A stretch of 64,000 bases of DNA from Haliotis rufescens (GCF_023055435.1 NW_025963779.1:84444001-84508000); one strand, 5' to 3'; positions 23,712 through 37,015 are shown, counted from the stretch's first letter. Made by a program: numbers and translations. The notes: generated by a model not told the origin, from the sequence alone.

Positions 23712-26126
23712 ACGACTGACTCAGAGCTCTGATAGAGGTTGTCATTATTGACAGTGTAGGACCCATTTCGATGTCTGTACATTTATACCGACCTGACTGT
23801 GGCGGCACCGACGTTTCAGACTCTATGTGTGTACTAGATACTATGACTGTTTCACTGTCTTTCAGACTCTATGTGTGTACTAGATAATATGACTGTTTAA
23901 CTGTCTTTCAGACTCTATGTGTGTACTAGATAATATGACTGTTTCACTGTCTTTCAGGCTCTATGTGTGTACTAGATAATATAACTGTTTCACTGTCTTT
24001 CAGACTCTATGTGTGTACTAGATAATATAACTGTTTCACTGTCTTTCAGACTCTATGTGTGTACTAGATAATATGAATGTTTCACTGTCTTTCAGACTCT
24101 ATGTGTGTACTAGATAATATAACTGTTTCACTGTCTTTCAGACGCGGTCCTATGTCTGAATAACTTCAACGATGAGTGGAAGTACGCGGCCCCTGGCTCG
24201 GGATGCAAGAGGTTCATCAATTGTTATGGTCAGGATTACCATGGAATGCTTCCGTGTCCCGAGACGACTCTCTTCAATGAAAACACCCAGAGGTGTGAAT
24301 ACCCAATATATTTCAACTGTCAGGAACCCTTCAACGAAAACCCAGGTAACGAAACATAAATGATGCATATGATATTAATTATTTCGTAGCAATAAGGAAA
24401 TAGCGTTGTCATCTCAAACGAGAACATTAATATAATCTAATTGGTTGTTTTATGTATTCAACTAAGCATTGCCTAGCAACTGGTTATCATTTACAGTTCA
24501 GATTGACAATTGTTTTGTGAACAGAAAGAATTCTGAGACGCGACTTTTTTTATTCACCGAATGCACAAGATGCTTCACGGGACCGTGACTGTCTTTTTAA
24601 ATGGCTGGTTATGTGCAACGTTGGCAGGTTGAATAATCTTTTAAGTCATATAGTCTATATCAGTTATTTCAGTTACTAGTATTTATCAACTTAGTTGAAC
24701 CCAGTTTCCGCTAATAACCGTTGAATGCTTGAAGATGATCAACAGCGGACATGGGGTATGTTCAGCGCATTACTGTTCATCTTCCCGAGGCAAGGGAGTC
24801 AACTAACTTTGAAAGTCCAATTTCCACTCTTGCCGAACTAGGCTGGAATTATGGAGTTATATCTTGGCTGGCCAAACGAGTCTATTCACAGTCCAATCAA
24901 AATCGCGTGAGGAATTTGACATCCGGTTCGTTAACTGCCGGGCAGATTTCGGTCGATTGCAGGATTTGTAAAGCATGTGTGCCGTCAAATCGGCGTCAAC
25001 AGATATTTTGCAAATCCTTCCATATTTCTAATGAAGGTGTTCATGTGATCTGATGTACTTCGCGAAGCAAGACCCGTCTTTACAATATAGATCTTGATTA
25101 TCGATCGGATTGTCTTGACTTGGCGCAGCAACTTTGTTTGAAGCAAGTGCTAGTGATATGAGAAGTGGAATCTGATTGGTCAAAAGGAGGAACGTAGAAG
25201 GGAAATAACTCATAATAGCCACTGGTGGCGCAACGATTGAGCCCAGAAATTCCAGCATAGTTCGACAAGAGTGGAAACTGGGCTTTTACAGTCAGCTGAC
25301 TCTTGCCTCGGGAAGATGGTCACTGGTTGGCCATGAATCCGAAACCCGACCGGAAATACTGTGGCTTCTCAACGGTCCATAACAATACACTAAATAGCTC
25401 ATCCAACCCTCACTCACTCAGTAGCTCATCCACCCCTCACTCACCCTAAAGGATAAATGTCAACAGGAAGGGACGATCGTGAATCGAGAATGGAATCGAT
25501 ATGTTGCTATTTTCCTTTTTATATTATCCATTAAGAAATACTTATAGAGCATATAGTATATATTGTTAAGATGCCAGTTTGGTGGTGATGTTGCCAGGAT
25601 TTCCTTCAGGCGGTTTGTTACTAGGTGACTTGAGCAAAATTTCACAAATACGGAATAAACTTAAGATTTTCGAATGTTATGCCTCCCGTTAAGCCTGATA
25701 ACTAATGTCAGTAGCCTTTAACTTATCAATAATAATATCAAAATATGACATTTTATTATATTTTCTTTCTCTATTTAATGAAATCACATAAGGAAGATTG
25801 ATATTATTTCTATTAATCTCGACCACTGTGAGAAAAAGACAAATTGATATTACTTCAGGGACATAGGCGTGTGATTCGAAGATGGTTACGGTTCTAAGGT
25901 GATTTCTGTTGAACGCTGTATTGTACGTATGTGTTTGCTTCCAGACTGTGTGACCGGCGTGGATTCCTACAATTGCTCAGCCTTCACATACTGCCATCTT
26001 AACACCCAGTACAACTTCTGCTGCAACCAAGACCTCTACTACTCTCAGAGCAAACTCACCTGTGTGTACGCCGAGGATTTGACAGAATATGACAAACTCA
26101 GATGCAACTTCCGCAACGGACAATAG
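23619..26126 (+). CDS. CBM14 gene copy A4: join(23619..23652,24142..24345,25945..26126); signal peptide core deleted, no own promoter (pseudogene or 3' half of an A3-A4 fusion)
   Basis: Exon 1 reads MVSSAQVQDEN, a 39-nt in-frame deletion versus A2/A3/A5. Exons 2 and 3 are open with canonical splice sites. AATAAA at 26161. Confidence 0.7.
23820..24141 (+). repeat. 46-bp splice-acceptor minisatellite, 7 units (A4)
   Basis: 322 bp = 7 x 46. Confidence 0.95.
24778..25318. mobile_element. MITE with ~70-bp TIRs (CATCTTCCCGAGGCAAG...CTTGCCTCGGGAAGATG) in A4 intron 2; homologs at ~3826-4536, ~13328-14038, ~22453-23164
   Basis: Long inverted termini; absent from A5 intron 2; an independent copy lies in B2 intron 1. 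Confidence 0.85.
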
Positions 26127-26776
26127 GATTCAGCACAAGCAATGTATTCTCTGAACTTCAAATAAAGCCATTCAGACAATTATAACTGTGATGCATATAT
26201 TTTCAAACGACGAGCGAGACAATAGTTCGTCTGCTGTCAAGTGAGTGGGGGTCAGCATGGCGTGTTAATGCTGCATCTGCCTGCTGCATCACGGCGGCCT
26301 AAATAACGACTTAAGTTCTGAGAAGGTCGTTAAGTGTGGTGGTCCCAGCCCACCTCGGAGGAATGACACACCTAATAAGTGAGACCTCTGGCGGGGAACG
26401 ACTTCAAAATTCAAAAACACTTCCTTTTTATGCAAATTGTGTGAGTGCTNNNNNNNNNNNNNNNNNNNNNNNNNNNNNNNNNNNNNNNNNNNNNNNNNNN
26501 NNNNNNNNNNNNNNNNNNNNNNNNNNNNNNNNNNNNNNNNNNNNNNNNNNNNNNNNNNNNNNNNNNNNNNNNNNNNNNNNNNNNNNNNNNNNNNNACAAC
26601 TGGTGTCATCTCTCATTTTCAGTGGTTCATTCAAATAATGTTCACCACTATTTTTCCTTTTCCTTTTAATCCAGACTGGTTATTCTCTGGCGTTGAATAT
26701 TCCGTCCTCGTGCTATGCCATCTCATAGAATAGCCTTTGTCGGGCCTACGGTACCGTTACTATCTATATTCTTCCC

Positions 26777-27922
26777 TCCTCGTTATGGATGCTGTTGATA
26801 AGGGTCGTTGGGTACAAGACCATGTACGTTCCTCGTTTTGAATGCTGTTGATTAGGGTTGTCGGGTAAAAGACCATGTACGTTCCTCGTTGTGAATGCTG
26901 TTGATAAGGGTTGTCGGGTATAAGACCATGTACGTTCATCGTTATGAATGCTGTTGATGAAGGTTGTCGGGTATAAGACCATGTACGTTCCTCGTTATGA
27001 TTGCCGTTGATAAGGGTTGTCGGGTATAAGACCATGTACGTTCCTCGTTATGATTGCTGTTGATAAGGGTTGTCGGGTATAAGTCCATGTACGTTCCTCG
27101 TTATGAATGCTTTTGATGAAGATTGTCGGCTATAGGACTATGTTCGTTGCTCGTTGTGAATGCCGTTGATAAGGGTTGTCGGGTATAAGACCATGTACGT
27201 TTCTCGTTATGAATGCTATTGATGAAGGTTGTTGGATATAAGACCAAGTACGCTCCTCGTTATGAATGCTGTTGATGAAGGTTGTCGGGTATAAGACCAT
27301 GTACGTTCCTTGTTATGAATGCTACTGATGAAGGTTGTTGGGTATAACACCATGTACGTTCCTCGTTATGGATGCTGTTGATAAGGGTTGTTGGGTATAA
27401 GACCATGTACGTTCCTCGTGATGAATGCTATTGATAAGGGTTGTTGGGTATAAGACCATGTACGTTCCTCGTTTTGAATGCTATTGATGAAGGTTGTTGG
27501 GTATAACACCATGTACGTTCCTCGTGATGAATGCTATTGATGAAGGTTGTTGGGTATAAGACCATGTACGTTCCTCGTTATGAATGCTGTTGATGAAGGT
27601 TGTCGGGTATAAGACCATGTACGTTCCTCGTTATGAATGCTGTTGATGAAGGTTGTTGGGTATAAGACCATGTACGTTCCTCGTTATGAATGCTATTGAT
27701 GAAGGTTGTCGGGTATAAGACCATGTACGTTCATCATTGTGAATGCTGTGATGAAGGTTGTCGGGTATAAGACCATATACGTTCCTCGTTATGGATGTTG
27801 TTGATGAAGATTGTCGGCTATAAGACCATGTTCGTTGCTCGTTGTGAATGCTGTTGATACAGATTGTCGAGCATGACACCGAGACCATGATCGTTTCTCG
27901 TTATCATTGGTGTTGACAAGGG
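26777..27922. repeat. 53-bp minisatellite (~21 units) downstream of A4
   Basis: Same unit. Confidence 0.95.
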
Positions 27923-29573
27923 TTAACTAATACGCCATCCTACCCCTATATAATGTGAACTTGTAATCCTATTTTATTTGTCACCCCACACCTATTTAGT
28001 GTGTCACCATACCCCTGACTAATACATCACCCTACTTCTATTTAATGCAACCCCGTAATCCATGTCATTATGTTTCTTAACAGGCGAATACGAAAACAGT
28101 TCTTCACAGCCAGTCTCTTGTTAACTCCACACGAAAGAACATCCACACATAAATACTAAGTTCCGTAGTGCAGACACCCAGATCCTCTTGCCTGTGTCAT
28201 GAAGTTGCTGTAATATGTCATACTAGTGAGTCAGGTATCTATGTTCATCCATCCTGAAAAACTTCAAACAATGTTTGACACCTCGTATCTGACTAGAAAT
28301 ATACTAGTGTAAAGGGGCAAGTTTCACAAGGAATGGCCTTATTTGAAGCGCATTTATCAACTCCTAAATGTCGCTTAAAGTACAAAGTGAGAACTTGCTT
28401 CAGTGGATTCCTATACTTGAGTCCCCAAAGTTTCGACCTAAATAATATATTATGTGCGCTTTTACAGTCACATCGTGGCCGTAGTACATGATTTATAATT
28501 GTTCTTGAATAATTTGTAAATTGGCCAAATTGTTTTAGATGGTTGTAGAGCTAGTTATTTGCTAGCCGTAGACCACATTAATCTTGAAGAGACCCTCCTT
28601 AATACTTATAATATGTAACAACATTTAAGGTAGTATTAGTTTATGTCCATAATAATGCCCACATTCTAAATACCTCAACACTTGTGCCACCGATGGGGCA
28701 GAATATGCTCACCTTTTGGTGAAAACCTGGTATCATCGCTTAGCCTATATGATAGTGATTCATTAACACATGTTTATGATATAATCGAAATCGTACAAAG
28801 GACACTGCTTTTAGTAGAGGCCAAGCTGTACAACCACAGGTGTATTGTTAACAATAAGAGCCTTCGTCAGTTTATTGAAATATGGACCACAATATCGGGA
28901 GCAGCCTCCTACCAATTGGGATTGCAACTTTAAATTCATGATGGATGCTGTCGAAGCATAATACCCGCGAAATACAGAAGAGAAACACACTGTCTGTCTT
29001 TCGGGGTTGATTAATTTAGTGAATGATGTGAATTGGTGGAATGCACAAACTTAACAAGCCAGCTGTTATTCAAAGTATGGCTGCCCTACATTGAAACGTT
29101 GTAGTTGTTCCCACTGACAAAGCATTAAATAACATAACCATTACATGTAAGCTTCACTACATTAACTGGTTGATCAAAGAACTTGGCATAAGTGACATAT
29201 CAAATTAAGTCAATTGTGAGGACAGTATGTTAACTGAGGAAGACATTTACCAAAACCTTACATCAGTACTATGAACGTTTGACTTGACCTTAAACCTGAA
29301 GACATGTCCATTCCTCATTTAAAGTGGATTCCAAAGCTTCCTAAAGGTCCGTACAAGGAGACAAAACATGGTGGGTCCAAAAAAGTATTTGAGACAAGTG
29401 GTATTAATACCATGTGGATTCTCCCAGCATTTACTTGAATCACAGAAAAAAACAAAGTTAAATTTTGTCAAAACATTTGACTTTCAACTTCATGCACCAA
29501 TACCCCACGACACACGTAGGAAGGGAAAACTTCATTCCTTGACCAATGGCGCATTTGTTACCAAACGAGGTGA

Positions 29574-30328
29574 CCAGTCCGCCCTGGTCAAGATGCCACC
29601 CTAGTTATAATGTCATGTTTTTCTCAGGTCGAAATTCTACGGTGCAAAATTCCATGGTTATAAAGCCATCATGGTTATAATGACAATGTCAATCTTTGTC
29701 AGATCAAACGTTCCAATTCACTGGTAATAATGACATTTGTTTTAATAGTGACAAAAAATGGCAATGGAGTTAATCTTGTTGAGTTAACTCCCTCTTCTAA
29801 ATCATCCAACTAATTGCATTGATCATGTGTTTTCACAGCTATTCCTACAGAGTCTAATCCTTGAGCATGTTAAGATTCATTTCCCGCCACCTACAGTAGC
29901 TCTTGATGCTATTGCCCAATACCTTAAACTCCAGCTTAATCGTCCCATGGACTACGCCCAATGAAGATGATGTGATGACTCCGCCACCACCGGCAACGTC
30001 TACGTGCAAACACTACACCATGGAAATGATGGGGAGTCTTGAGGCACAAGCAAGGGCTTTGGAACAGCGCTCATACTTGACTGACACACTGACACAACTA
30101 TCAGTTGATTCTAGGCAGACTCATGTCAAAGACTTACATGTTTGTGTGTGCCCACGTTTGACTCCATGGTCGGCAATGTAAAAGGTGTAGTCATGTTTGA
30201 AACAATAGCTTGGTTTGAATGGATGTGCGTTGGTTCTTACTAAATCTTCTGGTCTGGTTTTCTCCTCCCTGGTTATAATGCCATACATTCCGGTTGACGA
30301 AAGGTGGCAATATAACCAGAGATGACGG
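29574..30328. mobile_element. TIR element nested in the Penelope-like RT
   Basis: CTGGTCAAGATGCCACC ... GGTGGCAATATAACCAG imperfect inverted ends; RT homology resumes after it. Confidence 0.55.
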
Positions 30329-30986
30329 TAGTTACATGTCGATCTTCGGAGGTTCAGGACAATCTGTCAATAATGAAAGTAAATGCCATGTGAAGTATGC
30401 CTAGAAAGCAATATCTGAAAAGCTGGACTTCCTCATTGATAATATCAACGTAAAATCTGGGGGTAAGACATTCAGAGAAGAAGAAGCCATCCCCATGGTT
30501 CACCAGTTGTGTTCACCTCCTTGCTGATAGGTTTCATTATGCATATGAATCGGAATTTCTGCTCTGATTGGCGAAGTCAAAACAGGTATTTCGGCCCTCG
30601 CCCATTGTTATAAGGGTACAGGTGTAGTCAGCCGTGGTTACGTGGGTAACAATAGGGGGATTACCTATAGTCTGTTGCATGTCAATATAGAGAAAATACC
30701 TATCTGTCAGATTCATAACATTTCATATACATTTCAAAAGCACATTCACTTTACAGAAGCATATATTTAATAAAATTTCATATATTTCATATTGATAGAT
30801 TACGTATTGCATAAATAGATATACATTTCAAATTCACTTTACAGCAGAAATATACAGTTCAAAATCCAACATACTCAGTCACAGCGCCAGCATATTCAAT
30901 TGATGTTAGTCTGCCAGCCAACAAGTTGTCTATCACCTTCTCTATCATGATGTTGTCGTCAATTTGGAGATATTCCTTCTCTTTGG

Positions 30987-31207
30987 AAGATCCGGGGTAG
31001 AATAGGTCTTCAGCAACCCATGCTTGCCGTAAAAGGTGACTAACGGGATCGGGTGGTCAGGTTCGCTGACTTGGTTGATGCATGTCATGATGCTCATGAT
31101 ATTAATCACTGGATTGTCTGGCCCAGACTCGATTATTTACAGACCGCCGTCATATACCTGAAATACTGCTGAGTGCGGCGTAAAACAACAAACCATCAAT
31201 CCAACAG
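30987..31207 (+). mobile_element. Short retroposon, structured-head family, independent insertion
   Basis: TSD CCTTCTCTTTGG at 30975-30986 and 31208-31219. Confidence 0.8.
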
Positions 31208-31587
31208 CCTTCTCTTTGGTGGCAGTCGTCCTCCGGCATGAATTTGCATCAATAACGCCAATGTGTGTTACTATTTCTTCTGTTCTTCATTCGGAATCTG
31301 TGTCCGTTGAAAACTAAGTTCTATCCACCTTGGTACTGTACCAATAATGTACATGAGAAAACTGTTCACCTATTATCATCAAATAACAGTTAGACACTAA
31401 TTAAACAGAGTTCACCCTCAGAAGAGGGTTCACTTTAATGACTCAGACTATACCAAGTGATTTAGTGATCTGTGTCTCTTAATGCCCTGCAATCCACTGC
31501 AAACAACATTTGGGGTGAGGGCACAGTGAGGTTAAATCATTCGGCCAAGAAGTTTAACATAAGGTTCAGGTACAACGATGATCTGAT

Positions 31588-34500
31588 CGAAAACGTAAAT
31601 CAGCCTTCAATAAAGCAAAACGCGACTACAAATATTTAAACATAGCCCACGAACTAAACCACCAGGTTCAAAAACTAGTCCAAATAGCCAAAAGTAGAGA
31701 CTGGAAAAAATTCTGCGAAGGTATAAATAACCGTACAGATGCCAGAATGGTCTGGCGCAAAATCCACGCCATTAGAGGCTTAAAACGACATAGAAAAAAC
31801 CTAACATTGACAACTCAACAAACCCCGCCCAAAAAGCAAATAATCTCGCCAACCACTTTTCGGCCGTTAGCAGTAACAGCAACTTTAAATCAGAAAACAT
31901 ACCCACAAAAGAACCAAACAATAACAATCTGGAAATAAACCAACCCTACACAATGGAGGAGCTCCTCTACGTAATCCAAAACAGGAAAAAGGGCACAGCC
32001 CCAGGATTAGACCTAACTTCTCACCAAATAATTAAAAAACTCACCCTAAAACTACTCCAGGCACTACTCAAACTATACAATCTCATCTACCTAAACGGGC
32101 AGGTTCCTACTCCCCTGGAAACAGGCCCTAGTCATACCAATCCCTAAACCTAATAAACCAGCTAATCAAGCTAACTCATATAGACCAATATCCCTAACTT
32201 CAAACTTATGTAAAGTAATGGAATCAATGGCTAAAAATAGATTACAACACTACCTAACCCAAAATAACATCATAAACCCAGATCAAAGCGGTTTCACTCC
32301 TGGCCGCTCAACCCTAGATAACCTCGCCCGACTAGAGCAAGATATTAAGACAGGACAACTAAATAAACAATATACCACAGGCATTTTCTTAGACTTCTCT
32401 AAAGCTTTCGACATGGTATGGCACGACGGGCTAATACAAAAACTTTAAAAAATAGGACTCAAAGGTCAGATAATAAACTACATCCAGGACTAAACAATCG
32501 TAAAATAACCGTGGGTATAGACCAAACACTATCGGACCAATGTCCCCTAGAAAATGGCACTCCCCAGGGCAGTATCCTCAGCCCCACCCTCTTCAATATA
32601 ATGATAAACGATCTATTCGAGGGCCTATCCCCTAAAGTAAACACATCAAAATTCGCGGATGATGGAGCCCTCTTGATCCGCACTAAAAGCATCAAAATGG
32701 CCACAAATTTACTCCAAAAATCTCTTAATAAAATACAACAATGGGCTAACAAATGGGGCCTCTCCCTTAACTCAGAAAAAACAACAGGAATAGTATTCAA
32801 ACATAAAAAACATGAAACCCGCCTCCCCAATCCTCCAGCTAAACAACCAAACAATCAAATTTCAAAAACAAACCAAATTTTTAGGACTTATTTTCGATGA
32901 ACATCTCACCCGGGATGCTCACATACAAAACCTAACAACTAAATGCAGTAAAAACCTAAACACCTTAAGATGCCTAACTGGCTCTAACTGGGGAGCCTCC
33001 AAAGATACCCTCCTCTCTCTCTACATATCACTAATTAGATCAAAACTAGACTACGGCTGTGCCATATACAACACCCTAAACAACTCTCTATCTAAAAGAC
33101 TTGACTCAATACAATATCAGGCTCTCAAGCTAATTACACGCACCCAACATGGCACCTCCTACACTTCACTTCAGGCCTTAACAGGAGAAATGCCACTAAG
33201 TCTACGCAGGGAACAGCTAAGCTTAAATTTCTGGGCCGCGTCCCAATCAAACCCTCTCATCCAAAACTTAATAAACCAAAATATCAGCCCCATAAACCAA
33301 GCTCTAGCTCGTAAACACCCCTTACTTACCCCAATATCCCAAAGAATAACAAACTACCTAAATGAACACCAAATTAAAAATCTTCAACAAAACTGCAAAC
33401 AATCAAATATCTTCACCCCTAAACTCAAAATACCCAAAATAGACACGACACTAGCTAGCCAAATAAATAAACAAACCGACCCAAACATAGCTAAAACCAC
33501 CACACTAGCATACATACACGAAAATTGGCCAAATTGGTGTCACATTTACACGGACGGATCCTCAGATCCGACCTCCAAACACACAGGTTTCGGAGTCCAT
33601 ACCACACAACCAACTAAAACCACACAATCCTTCCGACTCCCAAACAACAAATCAATATTCACGGCAGAACTAATGGGCATGGCCTCAGCCCTCCATAATC
33701 AAGAATCCAAAAACCACAAAAAAATCCTAATACTTACCGACTCCCTAAGTTGACTGCAAGCCCTCCAAAACAAAAATACCCAAAACCGACCTAAATTAAT
33801 AAATCAAATACTTAAAAGCTCCAACGACCTAACTAACGCAGGCAAACAAATAACCTTCTTGTGGATACCCGCCCACGTAGGAATATACGGTAATGAAAAC
33901 GCCGATAAGGCAGCCAAACTATCCCTCAAAATCCCAGAAATAAGCTTAAACTTACCCATCTCAAAATCAGAAATTAAAAGCGTAAACAAGCAAAAAATCA
34001 CCAAAAAATGGCATAACCTATATCCAAACTCAAATAGCCAAATCAAAAAAGTACTCAGCAAACCACTAACCAAACCAAAAATTCTCCATCCATCCAAAAA
34101 ATCGACAGAGTAATCACTAAACTCCAAACAGGACACACCAACCTAAATAACCACCTAAAAAAATAAAAAAACACACTACAGGTAACTGCCCACACTGCAA
34201 ACAACTAGAAACCCCAGAACACGCACTCATCCACTGCACACATTACCTAACACATCGAACCACATTACAAACCACCCTCAATCTAAACAAGGCTCTCACT
34301 CTAGAAGCAATACTAAACCCACAAAATAAACTAGAAAACTTCAAGGCCTTAGGCGTATTCTTAATCAAAACGGAACTAATAAAACGCATCTAAAAACACT
34401 ATAATCTACCAAATCAAAATCACATAAACAAACAAACATCCACCATACCCAGCTCCCTTAGTTCTACTCCCCAACCCCATCGGCATCTATTCCAAATCTC

Positions 34501-34665
34501 AAAATTCCCAAATTCTATATAAGCAACCCCTAAAGCCCCCTCTTGGGTTGCACACACCACTTTCGCCCCTTTCGGAAACACATTAAATGGCCTGGCCGGG
34601 CCCGTGTGCCAAATACGCATCAGTCGGAAAGCGCACGTTAAATCTCCAAAGTAAGTAAGTAAGTA
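31588..34665 (+). mobile_element. 5'-truncated I-group (I/Nimb-like) LINE: RT + RNase H + CCHC, frameshifted
   Basis: RT motifs DQSGFTPGRSTLD, FLDFSKAFDMVWH, GTPQGSILSPTLFNI, FADD. RNase H motifs IYTDGS, AELMG, TDSLS, WIPAHVGIYGNENADKAAK. CPHC-X7-H-X4-C knuckle; (AAGT)n tail; perfect 16-bp TSD ACAACGATGATCTGAT (31572-31587, 34666-34681). Confidence 0.95.
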
Positions 34666-34995
34666 ACAACGATGATCTGATATCGTTCAAAAACCACCAA
34701 ATAGCCGATTCCCTTCCACTGACTTACCCACCCCTCTTAGAAACAAAGGAAACCAGTGAGACCGCCTCGTATTTCATGTCTAGATGTATGCCTACACATT
34801 CACACTGACATAAAACTCTCCACAAAACCGAATGACAAGAGGGATGACTTCAACTTTCCAACAGTCAACTTCCTCTTCATGTCGAGCGATATTCCTGCAG
34901 CGCCAGCCTTCGGTGTCTACATTCACAACTTTTGAGGTACAGTCGAGCATGCTCTCTCTACCAAGGATTGAAAGAGCGTCACATCCACAACTTAA

Positions 34996-35647
34996 AGGGC
35001 AAGTTCACACGGAAATTAACCTTTTTTTCTTGTACTTTTTCCACATTAAAAGTGTTAACCTAGAAGTGTCATAGACATAAATATAAAAATATCACAATTA
35101 ATTAACATATTTTTCGCATTAAAACGATTTATATTTTTCACATTTACCAAGTGTTCTATTTCCACAACAAAAACACCATGGCTTATGCCCCTTGCAATAT
35201 GACGTCATTGGTGCCAATTGATAAACATTATGACGTCATCATGCTATGTTAGAGCCGCTTCACGTGGTGTAGGTACAGCTGTGTGATTCTAGCGTCTCAG
35301 ATGCCAGCCAGCATAGTGTTATGCTGAGTCACCACTGCGCCGGAGTGTGTCGAAGGCCATGTTGTTTTACCGCAAACTGGTACTTGATATCTTTTGCGTT
35401 GAGAATAGACAGGGATCCAGTTGAATTGGCACCAATTACGTCATAATCTAAGGGGGATAACTCAGGCCTGTTTAGCTCGAAAAACGAAGGCCTCATAACG
35501 GCATATCATTTTCACACTATTGTGAGCTTCCTACTTTCACTGTGAAAAAAATGAGTGTATATTTTCAAACACAGATACTAATTAATTCTAAAATTGCGTT
35601 TTGTTTAGAAAAAGAAAGAAAGTGATTTTTGCCTGTACACTTCCCCT
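34996..35647. mobile_element. Kolobok-like non-autonomous DNA transposon
   Basis: TTAA on both sides; imperfect TIR AGGGCAAGTTCACACGGAAA / AGGGGAAGTGTACAGGCAAA; internal inverted repeat ~35183-35222/35423-35462. Confidence 0.7.
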
Positions 35648-36876
35648 TTAAGGACTCAGCAAAGATTTCAAAGCTTGTCATGGTAGACCATAGGAAGTGG
35701 AGGCCATTTCCAAACTTAACATGATGTCCGATGCAATTCCCTATTTTTGCTTATTCAATATGTTCCCGTGTCTTTTTTTCAGGTGAACAATAAGCTTTTG
35801 TATGTATTATTGACGGATGCCACCGGTGGGACACCTCTTCGCGAACACCTGGTATCATCATTTGTTTGTTTGTTGTTTAACGCCGCACTCAGCAATATTC
35901 CAGCTATATGACGGCAGGTATCATCATTATTTTTTTTAATAGTAATTCATAAACACATGCTTATGGTTTAGTCGGAATCTAAAATGGACTCAAATTCTAG
36001 CAGAGAGATTACTTATTAATATGGAAAGGTTTTTATCGCATATGCCTATGTAAAATGTTTTGTGTTGCTTTTGTTTTATCACGAATTTTGTGTGTATCAT
36101 CCTAACTGAGAGTCTAGCGTAGTGCGACATGTATACGGGTGTCATATACACAGATCTCAATACGCATTTATTAAAAATAACACCATTTGACAAGCTCATT
36201 ACGGGAGAGTCAGAGGGTAAACCAGCACATCACGGGACATGATCATTACGGGAGTCAGAGGGTAAACCAGTCATGTCTCGCCCTGTGGCCTGCCCACGTC
36301 AGTATTGTTGGCATATATGCTCTTAACATCAGACAGACAGACATCCGTTGATTTGCAAACACCCTCACACGACAAACATAGCATTTAAAGGAAATGCCTC
36401 TTCATTTCTACCATTGATACAGTTAATTACAATAACCATCCCGATTTGTTTTTATCTGGCTGTGCAAACTGTGAGCCGTAATGACTTTAAACCACACGGA
36501 AGACGAAACTGTCTTCATGAAGAAGGGAAGCGGACTTACTAGACATGGCATAATTAGACCACCCTTATCATGTTTTCGTCATGGGATGCGAACGTAACGG
36601 AGGCGTTACACAAGAATCTGAGAAATAGCAACGAATAAACTTCAGTGCACAGTTGAATCGGGTTTGTGTACAAGATGCAATTCTCAGCGACGTGCTAAAC
36701 GTGCTACGCAAAGGGTATGTGTTTCCGCCAAATAGGGAACTGAGTTAGTGTCTTACGTGATTCTGGTACTAATTAAACTAATTGTACAAGCCCAGGGCTT
36801 AAGGAAGCGAACTGACACACGTGTAAGGATGCAGTAAGATGGGTGTAGCCCCGCCCCGTCCGAGAATAGCGACACA

Positions 36877-36937
36877 CTTCATTTAAATGAAGAATTTACA
36901 TAAGGCGTGTTTACTAGTGGGTCAGTAGTATATTAAA
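36877..36937 (+). promoter_or_regulatory. A5 core promoter
   Basis: Palindrome, ATTTACATAAGG at 36894, TATATTAAA at 36929. Confidence 0.55.
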
Positions 36938-37015
36938 TCGATCGGTCGATTATCGTCCATTCTAAGTACAGCAACTCTTCCTTCCCTTCTCTCCAGTAAT
37001 ACACGCTCTGCAACC

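Larger units (their letters stand above)
1..28000 (+). repeat. Tandem segmental duplication carrying A1-A4 (unit registers at 1, 8501, 19002)
   Basis: The sequence at position 1 (GAGCGTAATTGTCAAGACATAC) recurs at 8501 and 19002, followed by kilobases of near-identical colinear sequence. Confidence 0.95.
28683..36040 (+). mobile_element. Decayed Penelope-like retroelement (Naiad-type RT) with terminal direct repeats, interrupted by nested insertions
   Basis: Ordered RT relic peptides: VVPTDKALNNITITCK (~29100), WIPKLPKGPYK (~29325), KTFDF (~29470), LIDNINVKSGGKTF..AIPM (~30430), FRYNDDLISF (31565/34682), DKRDDFNF..VNFLFMSSDIPAAPAFGVYI (~34835). Direct repeats at ~28683-28810 and ~35815-35990. 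Confidence 0.75.

Noticed and set aside
31747-34113. Functional LINE ORF2
   Set aside because: 5'-truncated with multiple frameshifts and stops; recorded only as a dead mobile element.
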